Positions 51,700 through 61,670 of a DNA stretch of 64,000 bases are shown here, one piece after another. Under the pieces are notes generated by a model that saw only the letters and a program-made list of their open reading frames with translations, was not told the DNA's origin and searched no databases. The stretch is from Pedobacter sp. Its GTDB lineage: Bacteria > Desulfobacterota > Desulfuromonadia > Desulfuromonadales > Syntrophotaleaceae. Every line of letters starts with the position of its first letter. Positions within the stretch are counted from its first letter, which is position 1. The stretch spans positions 1,544,679-1,608,678 of the forward strand of contig JBFWJC010000001.1 of NCBI GenBank assembly GCA_050253415.1. The letters are read 5' to 3'. Position numbers and translations under genes: made by a program.

Positions 51700-52607
51700 A
51701 CCATACACCTATCGGCAATCCCGACGCGTCAATCCGGCAGCGGTTGTTGGCCTCCGGAACCCCCATGTGCGCCGGTTGCGGCGGATTGCAGGCACTGCAC
51801 CAGATTTATGATCTGGTGGGTGACAAGACCGTGTTCGTCAATGCCGCGGGCTGCATGACTCTGCTGTCCATCTATCCCTATACGCCCTTTTCGGGATCCT
51901 GGTTGTATACTGCCATGGCCTGTGCCCCGGCGGGCGCCCAAGGGGTACGGGATGCTCTGGATGTTCTGCTGTCCAAAGGGCGCATCGAACCGGAGCAGGA
52001 CCAACTGCCGGTGGTCCTGACAGGGGATGGATCGGCTTACGGAATGGGGCTTTCCGCGACCTCGGGAGCTATCGACCGGGGGCTTGATTTCCTTTATATC
52101 TGCTACGACAACGAGGGCTACGGTAATACCGGCCACCAGTATTCGGCGGCCACCCCTGCCGGGGCACACACCGCCACCAGTCGTGTGGCGGGGTACTCCG
52201 GCGTCAAAAAGGATCTGTTCGCTATCTGGAGCGCGCATCGACCGGCTTATGTCGCTACCGCCATCGGTACCGAATCGGCTGATCTGGCGCGCAAGGTGAA
52301 AAAAGCCTTGAGCCTGCATGGGCCGCGCCTGCTGCTGGTACTGGCGCCCTGTCCCACGGGGTGGGGGTTTGAACCGTCCCGCATGGTGGAACTCGGCAAA
52401 CTGGCCGTGCAGTCCGGTATCTGGCCCCTGAAGGAGTATATCGACGGTCAGGTAAGGCATACCAAGGTCCCAGCTAAAAGAGTGCCGTTGGAGGAGTATT
52501 TGGGCCTTCAGGGCCGCTTCCGGCATCTGTTCACCCCTCAACGCGATGAGGCACGGCTTGCGGCATTGCAGCGGCAGATCGACGCCTATTGGGAGCATAT
52601 CGACTGA
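51696..52607 (+). CDS. 2-oxoacid:ferredoxin oxidoreductase beta (TPP-binding) subunit
   Basis: CAGCG, GC, GDG..YDNEGYGNTG, PCP.GW. Confidence 0.93.
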   Translation: MNHTPIGNPDASIRQRLLASGTPMCAGCGGLQALHQIYDLVGDKTVFVNAAGCMTLLSIYPYTPFSGSWLYTAMACAPAGAQGVRDALDVLLSKGRIEPEQDQLPVVLTGDGSAYGMGLSATSGAIDRGLDFLYICYDNEGYGNTGHQYSAATPAGAHTATSRVAGYSGVKKDLFAIWSAHRPAYVATAIGTESADLARKVKKALSLHGPRLLLVLAPCPTGWGFEPSRMVELGKLAVQSGIWPLKEYIDGQVRHTKVPAKRVPLEEYLGLQGRFRHLFTPQRDEARLAALQRQIDAYWEHID

Positions 52608-52660
52608 AACCGGTTTTTCCCTCACCATATCGCGAATGGATGGCAACAAGGAGGTCACGA

Positions 52661-54364
52661 ATGAATAAGGGCAGCAGTTATTACCATTGTGGTGGCCTGG
52701 AACCGCTCATTGGTGAAACCATCCCCGGGCATGTGGCCGAGGTGGCAAGACGCTGTGCTGCCAGGGAAGCAATCGTCTCCCGTCATCAGAGTCGGCGGAT
52801 GACCTATGACCAACTGTGGCTCGAGTCCGGTCGTCTGGCCAAGGGGCTGCTCGGCATGGGATTCAGGCGTGGCGAGCGCATCGGCGTGTGGGCGACCAAC
52901 AGCATCGAGTGGCTGCTGCTGCAGTTGGCCATGGCACGCATCGGAGTGGCGCTGGTAGCCATCAACCCCGGTTACCGGCAAAAAGAAATCGCCTATGCCC
53001 TGCAACACTCGGAAGTGCACGGACTGTTTTTCATGCCGGCGTTTCGCTCCAGCGACTATCTGGGTATGCTGGCCGAGGTGGTGCCCCAGCTACATCAAAG
53101 TGCCCAACCCTTGAGCCATCCTGAGTTTCCTCACTTGCGGCAGGTGATACTGTTTGATCCGAAGGATGCCACGCATACGCGCAAGGTCTTGCCGGGGGTG
53201 ACCCTCTGGCAGGAGGTGCTGGCGGCAGGAGAAGGCGTGTCACAGGACGAACTCGCGGCCGCAACCGCCGCCCTCGACCGGGACGATACCATTGCCCTGC
53301 TGTATACGTCCGGTTCCATGGGGCTGCCCAAGACGGCGGTTTTATCCCATCACAACATCCTTAACAATGCCTGGTTCACCGCCCGGCGCATGGCCTTTAC
53401 CGAGGTGGACAGGTTATGTGCGCCGGTGCCTTTTTACCACTGTTTTGGAATGGTGCTGGCTAATCTGGTGTGCATGGCAGTGGGGGCATGTATTGTCCTG
53501 CCCGAAGAATATTTCGATCCTTTGGCCACTTTGCAGACTATCGAAGCGGAAGCATGTAGCGCTCTTTACGGGGTGCCGACCATGTTCCTTGCCCAGGTCG
53601 AGCATCCGCAACGTGGCAACTTCGACCTGACCAGCCTGCGCACCGGCATCATGGGCGGTGCTCCGTGTCCACCGGCGCTGGTGCGCAGAGTCATGGAGGA
53701 GTTGCACTGTCCGGATATCCTCATCGGCTACGGCATGACCGAAGCTTCGCCTCTGACCCACCTGACCGCACCGGAGGACCCTTTGCCGATACGACACGAG
53801 ACCGTCGGCCGTAATCTTCCGCATCAGGAAGTCAAACTCATCGCCCCGGACAGCGGAGCCACCGTCCCGATAAAGGTGGAAGGGGAGGTCTGCTTTCGCG
53901 GCTACCATGTCGCCAAGGGTTATTATGGCGATCCGGAGGCCACCGCGCAGGGCATCGATGCGGACGGCTGGCTGCACTCCGGTGATCTCGGCATCATGGA
54001 TGCCGATGGGTATGTGCGTATTACCGGAAGGCGTAAGGAGATCATTATTCGTGGCGGCGAGAATATCTGTCCCTGGCAGATAGAACAGTGCCTTCTGGCA
54101 CACCCCCATGTGGCAGAGGTGGCGGTGTTCGGTCTGCCTGACGAATTTTATGGCGAGCAGATCATGGCCTGGGTGCGGCCAAAGAACGGTCAGCAGATAG
54201 ACGAAGACGAACTCAGGACCCACTGTAAAGCCGGGTTGGCCCATTTTAAGGTGCCGCGTTATATATGGGTGGTGGACAACTTCCCCAAGACCGACAGCGG
54301 TAAATTGCACAAACCGCGCATGCGGGAATTGGCGTTGGAAAGGCTGCAGGGAAAAACCAACTAA
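52661..54364 (+). CDS. AMP-forming acyl-CoA ligase (ACSF2/FadD-like)
   Basis: YTSGSMGLPK, P.YHCFG, YGMTEASP, GWLHSGDLG, IIRGGENI, SGK; AGGAGG RBS. Confidence 0.93.
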   Translation: MNKGSSYYHCGGLEPLIGETIPGHVAEVARRCAAREAIVSRHQSRRMTYDQLWLESGRLAKGLLGMGFRRGERIGVWATNSIEWLLLQLAMARIGVALVAINPGYRQKEIAYALQHSEVHGLFFMPAFRSSDYLGMLAEVVPQLHQSAQPLSHPEFPHLRQVILFDPKDATHTRKVLPGVTLWQEVLAAGEGVSQDELAAATAALDRDDTIALLYTSGSMGLPKTAVLSHHNILNNAWFTARRMAFTEVDRLCAPVPFYHCFGMVLANLVCMAVGACIVLPEEYFDPLATLQTIEAEACSALYGVPTMFLAQVEHPQRGNFDLTSLRTGIMGGAPCPPALVRRVMEELHCPDILIGYGMTEASPLTHLTAPEDPLPIRHETVGRNLPHQEVKLIAPDSGATVPIKVEGEVCFRGYHVAKGYYGDPEATAQGIDADGWLHSGDLGIMDADGYVRITGRRKEIIIRGGENICPWQIEQCLLAHPHVAEVAVFGLPDEFYGEQIMAWVRPKNGQQIDEDELRTHCKAGLAHFKVPRYIWVVDNFPKTDSGKLHKPRMRELALERLQGKTN

Positions 54365-54380
54365 CGAATAGTGTGAACAA

Positions 54381-54422
54381 AACAAGAGCCACCCGCCCGA
54401 TATCGGGCGGGTGGCTCTTGTT
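54381..54422. terminator. Perfect 42-bp palindrome between convergent acyl-CoA ligase genes
   Basis: aacaagagccacccgcccgat|atcgggcgggtggctcttgtt. Confidence 0.8.
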
Positions 54423-54444
54423 CAAGTAATGTCGGGGTATGTCT

Positions 54445-56118
54445 TTAATCTCTTCCATCATCCTTTTCGCGGATCTCAACCCTGCGAATCTTGCCGCTGA
54501 TGGTTTTGGGCAACTCCGACACGAATTCGATAATGCGCGGATATTTATAGGGTGCTGTGACGTTTTTGACGTGATTCTGAAGTTCTTCCTTCAAGTCCTC
54601 GCCAGCTTCATATCCCTTGGCGAGTACGATGGTCGCCTTGACCACCTGTCCGCGATCCGGATCCGGCACGCCGGTGATGGCGCATTCAAGCACCGCAGGG
54701 TGTTCTATAAGCGCACTTTCAACCTCGAAAGGCCCGATGCGATAGCCGCTGCTCTTGATGACATCGTCGGCCCGGCCGACGAACCAGTAGTAGCCGTCTT
54801 CATCCCGCCAGGCCATGTCGCCGGTATGATAATAGCCGTCGTACCAGACCTCGGCGGTTTTTGCATCGTCACGGTAGTATCCTGGAAACAGGCCAAGAGG
54901 CCTTTCGACGCTGGTATTGATAACGATTTCACCTTCCTCGCCGACATCACAGGGTTGGCCGTCGGCATTGAGCAGGTCGATGTCGTAAAGCGGGCAGGGC
55001 TTGCCCATGGAACCCGGTTTCGGCTCCATCCATGGCCAGGTGGCGATAGTGACCACCAGTTCGGTCTGACCGTAAGCTTCCATCAGCTTGATACCGGTGT
55101 ACTTGAGGAACCGTTCGTAGACTTCGGGATTCAGAGGTTCTCCGGCCACCACGCAATATTTCAGTCCGGAAAAATCGTATTGGGAAAGGTCTTCCTTGAT
55201 CAGAAAACGGTAGATGGTGGGCGGTGCGCAGAAGGTTGTCACACCGTACTTTGCCGCCATGGCGGCCATGGATGCTGCGCTGAATTTTTCATAATCATAG
55301 ACAAATACCGCGCTGCCGCAGAGCCATTGGCCGTAGATTTTTCCCCACACCACTTTGGCCCAGCCTGTATCGGCTACCGTATAGTGCAGACCATCGTCCA
55401 TGTTGTTCTGCCAGTATTTGGCGGTCAGTATGTGACCCAGGGGATATGCCATGTCATGGTGGATCAACTTGGGATAGCCGGTGGTGCCGGAAGAAAAATA
55501 GGCCAGGCATGTATCGTCATTGCAGGTGTGCTGATCACCGTCGGGGCGCTCAAACTCTGGCGAGGCTTTTTCCAGTTCGGTTTTAAAGTCGATCCATCCA
55601 TCGCGCGGTTCGCCCAGCAGCAGTTTATGACGGATCATGTCGCCGGTTTGCCGCTGCCCTTCATCGATGTGGTCGATAAGACCATCATCGGCAACGCTGA
55701 CAATCATGGGGATGGAGGCGACTTGCACGCGGTATTTGATGTCTTTGGAGGTCAGCATGTGCGTGGCCGGCGTGGCGATGGCACCGAGTTTGTGCAGGCC
55801 CAGCAGGCAAAACCAGAACTCGTAGCGACCTTTTAGAATCAGCATGACATGGTCGCCTTTTTTGATGCCATAGCTGCGGAACAGGTTGGCGGCCTTGTCG
55901 CTGTAGTATTTCAAATCGCCAAAGGTGAAGGAGCGGTCATTGCCGTGATCGTCACACCAGACCAAGGCGCGTTTGTCCGGTTGTTCAGTGGCATATACGT
56001 CCGCCACGTCAAAGGCAAAGTTGAAATTATCCGGTATGTCGATGGTCAGGTTTTCCTGAAAATCTTCGTAGGAGCTGTACTCGGTCCGGCTAACGAACCG
56101 ATCCAGAAGGCAAGACAT
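54445..56118 (-). CDS. Short/medium-chain acyl-CoA synthetase (ACSM-like)
   Basis: [63 protein letters not shown]. Confidence 0.95.
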   Translation of the reverse strand: MSCLLDRFVSRTEYSSYEDFQENLTIDIPDNFNFAFDVADVYATEQPDKRALVWCDDHGNDRSFTFGDLKYYSDKAANLFRSYGIKKGDHVMLILKGRYEFWFCLLGLHKLGAIATPATHMLTSKDIKYRVQVASIPMIVSVADDGLIDHIDEGQRQTGDMIRHKLLLGEPRDGWIDFKTELEKASPEFERPDGDQHTCNDDTCLAYFSSGTTGYPKLIHHDMAYPLGHILTAKYWQNNMDDGLHYTVADTGWAKVVWGKIYGQWLCGSAVFVYDYEKFSAASMAAMAAKYGVTTFCAPPTIYRFLIKEDLSQYDFSGLKYCVVAGEPLNPEVYERFLKYTGIKLMEAYGQTELVVTIATWPWMEPKPGSMGKPCPLYDIDLLNADGQPCDVGEEGEIVINTSVERPLGLFPGYYRDDAKTAEVWYDGYYHTGDMAWRDEDGYYWFVGRADDVIKSSGYRIGPFEVESALIEHPAVLECAITGVPDPDRGQVVKATIVLAKGYEAGEDLKEELQNHVKNVTAPYKYPRIIEFVSELPKTISGKIRRVEIREKDDGRD

Positions 56119-56181
56119 GTAACCTCCTCAAGCAAGATTGCCGCAACCGGTCGTGCCGGTGATGGCTATCTTATGAAATAA

Positions 56182-56736
56182 TTACAAGATGATGGCCAGA
56201 AATTTTGCCGGTTGGCCGTCAAGGGCTTCCATGGCGTGTTCGTAATTGGCATCAAAATAGATCGAATCACCTGTTTCCAGTTCTATCTCGTTTTGATGAA
56301 TATGGATTTTAAGCCTGCCTTCCAACACAAAGTTGAACTCCTGGCCAGGATGGGCATTTTTTTTCAGTTGGCTGGTTTCGGGTTTGGGGTCGACCGTAAC
56401 CATGAAGGGCTCGGCTTTTTTGTGAATGAAGTTGGCCGCGAGGTTTTGATAACTGTACTGTTTACGGCGTTCGACGTCGACCCCTTTGCCCTTGCGGGTC
56501 ACGGTGAAGATATGCATGCGGGGTGCTTCACCGGTCAGCAACAAGCCCATATCGACCTGCAGATCAACGGCGATTTTGTATAAAATGCTGGCCGGGATAT
56601 CCTCGCTGCCGTTTTCATAGCGCTGATAGGAGAGGATCGGTACGTGGAGGCTTTCAGCCATCTGCTCGACAGATATTTCGGAAAGTTCGCGCAATTCGCG
56701 CACGCGGGAAGCGATTTCCCGGATTTTCTGCTGCAT
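56182..56736 (-). CDS. XRE-family HTH plus cupin transcriptional regulator
   Basis: [37 protein letters not shown] cupin. Confidence 0.93.
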   Translation of the reverse strand: MQQKIREIASRVRELRELSEISVEQMAESLHVPILSYQRYENGSEDIPASILYKIAVDLQVDMGLLLTGEAPRMHIFTVTRKGKGVDVERRKQYSYQNLAANFIHKKAEPFMVTVDPKPETSQLKKNAHPGQEFNFVLEGRLKIHIHQNEIELETGDSIYFDANYEHAMEALDGQPAKFLAIIL

Positions 56737-56895
56737 GCTCGGCTCCCTTCTTGGTTAACCAGGAAGTTCTTGGAATACGGATGAGTTATGCGATGCTTCT
56801 GCATAGGGTGCCTGTATCTTAGATAAAAAAACCGTATAAAAAAAGTATTTATTGAGCGATATCTCAGATTTGAAACCTTACGTGATGTTCATATT

Positions 56896-56946
56896 AAAAA
56901 GGCCGGCCCCAACATGCTCTGTCTGTATGTCAGGTCCGGCCCTATT
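56896..56946 (-). terminator. Putative terminator after trpB
   Basis: Minus strand ggccgg..tgacat/atgttg..ccggcc followed by TTTTT. Confidence 0.5.
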
Positions 56947-56987
56947 TAGTTAACGCAATCGATCAATCCAGCATAAAAACATGCGTT

Positions 56988-58208
56988 TTATTCAGGGCAA
57001 TAATCCTTGCCGAAATTTTCCATGATGAAGTCTATGTCTTTATCTCCGCGCCCGGAAAGATTGATCAGGATAGTCTGGTCAGGTGAAAGCTTGCCAGCAA
57101 GTTGCATGGCGTAAGCTACAGCATGGCAGCTTTCAAGTGCAGGGATGATTCCCTCGACACGGGATAGTTCAAAGAAGGCATCGATGGTCTCCTTGTCGCT
57201 TGCCGTGACGTAGTTGACCCGTTTGAGGTCCTTGAGGAGACTGTGCTGGGGGCCAACCCCCGGATAATCGAGGCCGCTGGCCACCGAATAAACGGGCAGT
57301 GGTTCGCCTTGTTCGTCCTGCAGCATGTAGGATCGAAAACCATGCAGGATTCCCGGTTTTCCCAAGGTAAGAGTGGCGGCGTGTTGACCGTTTTGCAGCC
57401 CGTGACCGGATGGCTCGACACCGTACATGGAAACGTGCTGGTCGTTAAGGAAGGCGGAGAACAGGCCGATGGCGTTGGAGCCGCCGCCGACGCAGGCGAC
57501 CAGATTATCCGGCAGGCGACCTGTCATTTCCTGGAATTGTTTCCGTGCTTCGGTACCGATGATCTGCTGGAAATCGCGCACCATCATCGGGAAAGGGTGA
57601 GGGCCGACAACAGACCCGATAGCATAGATCTGCCGTACGGGATCTTCCAGGTAGGCTTCAAAGGCCGCGTCGACCGCATCCTTGAGGGTCTGGGTGCCGC
57701 GCGTAACCGGCACCACTTTGGCTCCGAGAATCTTCATGCGTGTGACGTTGGGGTGTTCTTTGGCGATGTCGACGACGCCCATATAAATATGGCATTCGAG
57801 CCCGACCAGCGCCGCTGCGGTCGCCAGGGCTACACCGTGCTGGCCGGCGCCGGTTTCGGCGATCAATATTTCCTTGCCCATACGCTTGGCCAACAGGGCC
57901 TCGCCAAGGCAATGATTGATTTTGTGGGCGCCGGTATGGTTGAGGTCCTCACGTTTCAGATAGATTTGAGCTCCGCCGATTTTATTGGAGAGGTTGCGGG
58001 CGTGGAACAGGGCGCTGGGTCGACCGACATAGTTACGGTAAAGGGACTGGAGTTCCTCCTGAAACGATTTGTCCTGCTTTATCTCCAGGTAAGCTTCGGT
58101 GATTTCATCCATTACTTTTTGCAGCACTTCAGGAATATAGCTGCCGCCATATTCGCCAAAATAGCCTTTGGCATCGGGCAGCGGAATGTCTTTCAGGGGA
58201 CGACTCAT
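56988..58208 (-). CDS. trpB: Tryptophan synthase beta subunit (stand-alone)
   Basis: [53 protein letters not shown]. Confidence 0.96.
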   Translation of the reverse strand: MSRPLKDIPLPDAKGYFGEYGGSYIPEVLQKVMDEITEAYLEIKQDKSFQEELQSLYRNYVGRPSALFHARNLSNKIGGAQIYLKREDLNHTGAHKINHCLGEALLAKRMGKEILIAETGAGQHGVALATAAALVGLECHIYMGVVDIAKEHPNVTRMKILGAKVVPVTRGTQTLKDAVDAAFEAYLEDPVRQIYAIGSVVGPHPFPMMVRDFQQIIGTEARKQFQEMTGRLPDNLVACVGGGSNAIGLFSAFLNDQHVSMYGVEPSGHGLQNGQHAATLTLGKPGILHGFRSYMLQDEQGEPLPVYSVASGLDYPGVGPQHSLLKDLKRVNYVTASDKETIDAFFELSRVEGIIPALESCHAVAYAMQLAGKLSPDQTILINLSGRGDKDIDFIMENFGKDYCPE

Positions 58209-58305
58209 GATCCACTCCATAGATAGTTTGAAAAGGATTGGGGGTTGTTTGTCGGGATGGAAATGTTTTTCAGCGACCCAAAAGTATAAGAACCGAAGGA
58301 AAATT

Positions 58306-59238
58306 TCAACGTGTTTTTGTGCCGGGGGATGCCAAAGCACGCAGGGCCGGACCATTGAAAAGAACGATGGCGGCGGCGATACAGGCCATGCCGGAAAGAG
58401 TCCAGAAACTCGGGGCTTCACCGGGCAGCAGCATCCAACTCAGTACGGCACCGCAGACCGGGATGAGGAATTTCCATAAATTAAGCTCAGATACCCTGAC
58501 CGAAGGACGGCGCAATAATATGAACCAGATGGAAAAGGCAGCCGCAGATAGAAAGGCCAGCCACAAAAGGGACGCCCAGAACGCCCAAGGCATCTGAAAT
58601 GCCATGGGACCTTCCAGGGGCAGAGAAACGACCCATAAGGTCAGGCCGCCGAGGAAAATCTGAGCCGAGTTCAGAAACACGGGTGACAGGTCGCTTCGGT
58701 GTCTGGCAACGATGATGTTGCCCAAGGCGCCGGAAAAATTAGAGAGAAGCAGTATGCCGATGCCGGCTAATTCCGTAAGGCCGGCAGGGGACGCCCATGG
58801 CAGTCGGCTGATGCTTAAAATGGCTACTCCGGTAAGGCCAAGTACTATACTGGCGGCCTTGAGCGCCGTCATGCGGTCCCCTGTCATGAAGTAATGTGCC
58901 AGCACGGCGGATACCAGTGGTGAGGCGCCGATGACCATGGCGGCCAATGCTCCGGGAACAAGGGTCATGCCAAAATAGAACAGGCCATAGAGGGTGAAGG
59001 TCTGGAAGCAGGCTACCAGGAGAATCAAGCCGGCGTGATCGCGTACTGCATGGAATGCAGGGGGACGCCTCCACCAGAATGGGACAAGCAGTATCCCCGA
59101 CAACATGAAACGCAATCCGGCAAAGGCAAGCGGGCCGCAAAACTGCAATCCGATTTTGACGCCTACAAATGCGGTGGACCATAAAAGGCAGGCTGTTACC
59201 GCGAGCAATGCCGTACTGGAAAGGAATTTTTTCTTCAA
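58306..59238 (-). CDS. DMT/EamA family transporter
   Basis: LLWSTAF..K, AGLRF, about 10 hydrophobic segments, LLPGE. Confidence 0.9.
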   Translation of the reverse strand: MKKKFLSSTALLAVTACLLWSTAFVGVKIGLQFCGPLAFAGLRFMLSGILLVPFWWRRPPAFHAVRDHAGLILLVACFQTFTLYGLFYFGMTLVPGALAAMVIGASPLVSAVLAHYFMTGDRMTALKAASIVLGLTGVAILSISRLPWASPAGLTELAGIGILLLSNFSGALGNIIVARHRSDLSPVFLNSAQIFLGGLTLWVVSLPLEGPMAFQMPWAFWASLLWLAFLSAAAFSIWFILLRRPSVRVSELNLWKFLIPVCGAVLSWMLLPGEAPSFWTLSGMACIAAAIVLFNGPALRALASPGTKTR

Positions 59239-59388
59239 ACGGAGAATCTCCCCGGGAAGGCTGTTTAGTCGAAGCTATTCTGAACGATATCGATGTCTCA
59301 GGCAATGAGATATTCGGATGGAGGAAAGCATCTTGATGCAACTGGACTTAACCTGTTACCGATTCATCAGGGAGGAAATGAACAATGT

Positions 59389-59417
59389 AAAAAGCCCCCT
59401 GCTTGCGCAGGGGGCTT
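59389..59417 (-). terminator. Intrinsic terminator of the aldehyde dehydrogenase gene
   Basis: AAGCCCCCTGC-TTGC-GCAGGGGGCTT; the A-run gives a U-tract on the minus strand. Confidence 0.8.
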
Positions 59418-59472
59418 ACTTACCGGAGGATTAGGTATGGTTGGTTAATTCTCTGGTAAGAGATATTACAAC

Positions 59473-60813
59473 TTAGCCCTGTACAACGCGGCGGGCAGCA
59501 CGCTTGATGCTGACCAGGTTGCGGAAGCTGACGTTGTCGGTGGTGATGTTGTTGCCCTGAGCGCCGCAGCCGAGGGTCAGCGACGGGATCATGACGTTGA
59601 ACAGACCGCCGATAGCGCCATGGCTGGTGGGCGAGTTGAAGGTAACGCGGTTGGCGTCAACGCGGCTGGCGAACTCGATGCACAGCGCGTCGTCAGCGGA
59701 GTGAATACCGGCAGTGTGACCGGCGCCGCCTTTTCTCAGCAGTTCGGCGCAACGCTCGATAGCAGCTTCTTTGCCGTCAACGATCATGTAGCCGAGGGAA
59801 GGAGAAAGTTTTTCGCGGCTCATGGGTTCTTCGTCCTGGGTACCCTTGAGGGGGCCAACGATCAGGGCTTCAGTGTTCTCGGGTACGGTGAAACCGGCCA
59901 TTTCGGCAATTTTGTAAGCGGGCTGGCCAACGACTTTGCCGGAAACAACGTAGCAGTCGCCGAAGTAGAGTTTTTCCAGCTTGGCTTTTTCTTCATCGTT
60001 GCAGATGTAAGCGCCGAGTTCCTTCAGTTTGGCAATGGCTTTTTCTGCAGTAGCGGCGTTGTCAAAGATCAGGTTCTGCTCGGAAGCGCAGACCACGCCG
60101 TGGTCGAAGTTTTTGGACAGCAGGGTGTCAGCCATAGCCTGGTCGATGTCGGCATCGGCGGCAACATAGACAGGGCAGCCGCCTGCGCCAACGCCGTAAG
60201 CGGGATTGCCGGAGCTGTAAGCAGCTTTAACCATGGCGCCGCCACCGGTAGCCAGGATAACGGCGATGCCGGGGTTGGTCATCAGAGCGTTGGTAGCTTC
60301 GATGGAAGGCTCAGCAATGTACTGGATGCAGTCCTTAGGAGCGCCGGCAGCCATAGCGGCTTTCAGAGCCATTTCTGCGGTCTTGGCGCAGCACTTCTGA
60401 GCGCGGGGGTGGAAGCCGAGGATGATGACGTTGCGGCCTTTGAGGGCGGAAAGGATCTTAAAGCAAACAGTCGAAGTGGGGTTGGTGGTCGGAGTAACGC
60501 CAGCAACGATGCCGTAAGGCTCGGCGATTTCGATGATGTCGTTTTCGTCCTTGACAACACCAACGGTTTTAACGCCCTTCATGTCGTTCCAGATAACGGT
60601 GGAACCGAAATGGTTTTTGATGACCTTGTCGGAGTATTTGCCGAGGCGGGTTTCTTCGACGGCATCCTTGGCCAATTCTTCCTTGTTGGCTTCAACGACG
60701 TTGGCAATGGCTTCGCAGATGGCGTCAGTTTGTTCCTGGTTGAGTTTTTTCATCTCTGCCAGAGCGACTTGAGCTTTTTCAACCATCTGGTCAATGACTT
60801 GTTTTGCGTCCAT
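59473..60813 (-). CDS. CoA-acylating (acetaldehyde) dehydrogenase, AdhE N-domain/EutE family
   Basis: EET.LG..DK..KN, TPTTNPTST, HPRA, ATGG.AMV.AAYSSG, catalytic CASEQ, REKLSP, GHTAGIH, SLTLGCG; AGGAGG RBS. Confidence 0.95.
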   Translation of the reverse strand: MDAKQVIDQMVEKAQVALAEMKKLNQEQTDAICEAIANVVEANKEELAKDAVEETRLGKYSDKVIKNHFGSTVIWNDMKGVKTVGVVKDENDIIEIAEPYGIVAGVTPTTNPTSTVCFKILSALKGRNVIILGFHPRAQKCCAKTAEMALKAAMAAGAPKDCIQYIAEPSIEATNALMTNPGIAVILATGGGAMVKAAYSSGNPAYGVGAGGCPVYVAADADIDQAMADTLLSKNFDHGVVCASEQNLIFDNAATAEKAIAKLKELGAYICNDEEKAKLEKLYFGDCYVVSGKVVGQPAYKIAEMAGFTVPENTEALIVGPLKGTQDEEPMSREKLSPSLGYMIVDGKEAAIERCAELLRKGGAGHTAGIHSADDALCIEFASRVDANRVTFNSPTSHGAIGGLFNVMIPSLTLGCGAQGNNITTDNVSFRNLVSIKRAARRVVQG

Positions 60814-61477
60814 GTGTTCCTCCTAGATTTGTTGGAATGACTACCTGAAAACAGGTGCTTCAACTGCGGCCCGACCGTTCGCAAATTTTTCACCATACTG
60901 ATATGGGGAAAAAGGTTGTGCGAAATCAATCAGACCAAACTTGGTTAAAAATAAAAAAGCAATCCCCTGCCTGTGTAGTTAGGTTCGATCACTTGGCAGG
61001 AGCAATGATGCCAGGCTGAGTATGAAAGACAGGTTAATTATCCGTGTATGCCGTCAAATTAATTCTTCTGGAAAGAGTTGGCACCGGGTTCAATTTGTTC
61101 GAGAACTTAGCCCTTTAGTTACTTAAATGGCTTTCTTGAACTCGTTGGTGAATGCAACCTTCTAGGAAGAAACGGCTTTAAAGTCAAGACAAAAAAAGTG
61201 AAAAAATACCTTAAATCGAAAAAATCGAAGGGTGTCAAAAGCGGTTAATAACGGCGGAAAATAACGAGAAAACAGTGGTTGATTTTGGCGTTAAAAAGGT
61301 TTTTGCGTTATCCGGTTCAGGGGTGAGCAAATACGGCCGATTTGCGCATTTTTTAAAGCAAAAAGTTCTTTGCTTCGACGAGTGTTTGCAAACATGGAAT
61401 TCAGGTCCATTCAGCCTGCGGATCGGTGGGCGTGTGTGACTGTGGTTTTGAACAGTAAGATTGTTCGCAACAACACC

Positions 61478-61506
61478 TTGCTCCTTGGGCGTCATGCAGA
61501 TATAAT
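61478..61506 (+). promoter_or_regulatory. Putative sigma70 promoter for prfB
   Basis: TTGCTC-N17-TATAAT. Confidence 0.6.
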
Positions 61507-61670
61507 CGCGCGGCCTTAGTGGAAGATGTTTCCTGAAGTATGCAATTTTGCGAAAAATTACTGCAAAATTTTTGGTTTTGTCTAAGTGTGGGTTGGAGTT
61601 TGACCGTTTTGCATTCAAATTGTCCGGGTGGTCTTTGTGTGATGCAAACAGCCCAGGGAGAGTGAAAATT

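Noticed and set aside
53303..53335. Deviant P-loop YTSGSMGLPKT in the acyl-CoA ligase suggesting inactivity
   Set aside because: The other adenylation motifs (YGMTE, GD, R..GGEN, terminal K) are intact; the variation is within family range.
54439..55836. 465-aa + strand ORF
   Set aside because: Antisense shadow of the acyl-CoA synthetase; no motifs. The same applies to 19182-20657, 39509-40756, 59620-60840 and 57243-58226.
58209..58305. trp attenuator upstream of trpB
   Set aside because: No leader peptide with tandem Trp codons and no terminator/antiterminator pair.
60958..60975. Possible sigma54 promoter for the aldehyde dehydrogenase (minus strand AGGCAGGGGATTGCT)
   Set aside because: GG-to-GC spacing is 9 nt rather than the required 10.
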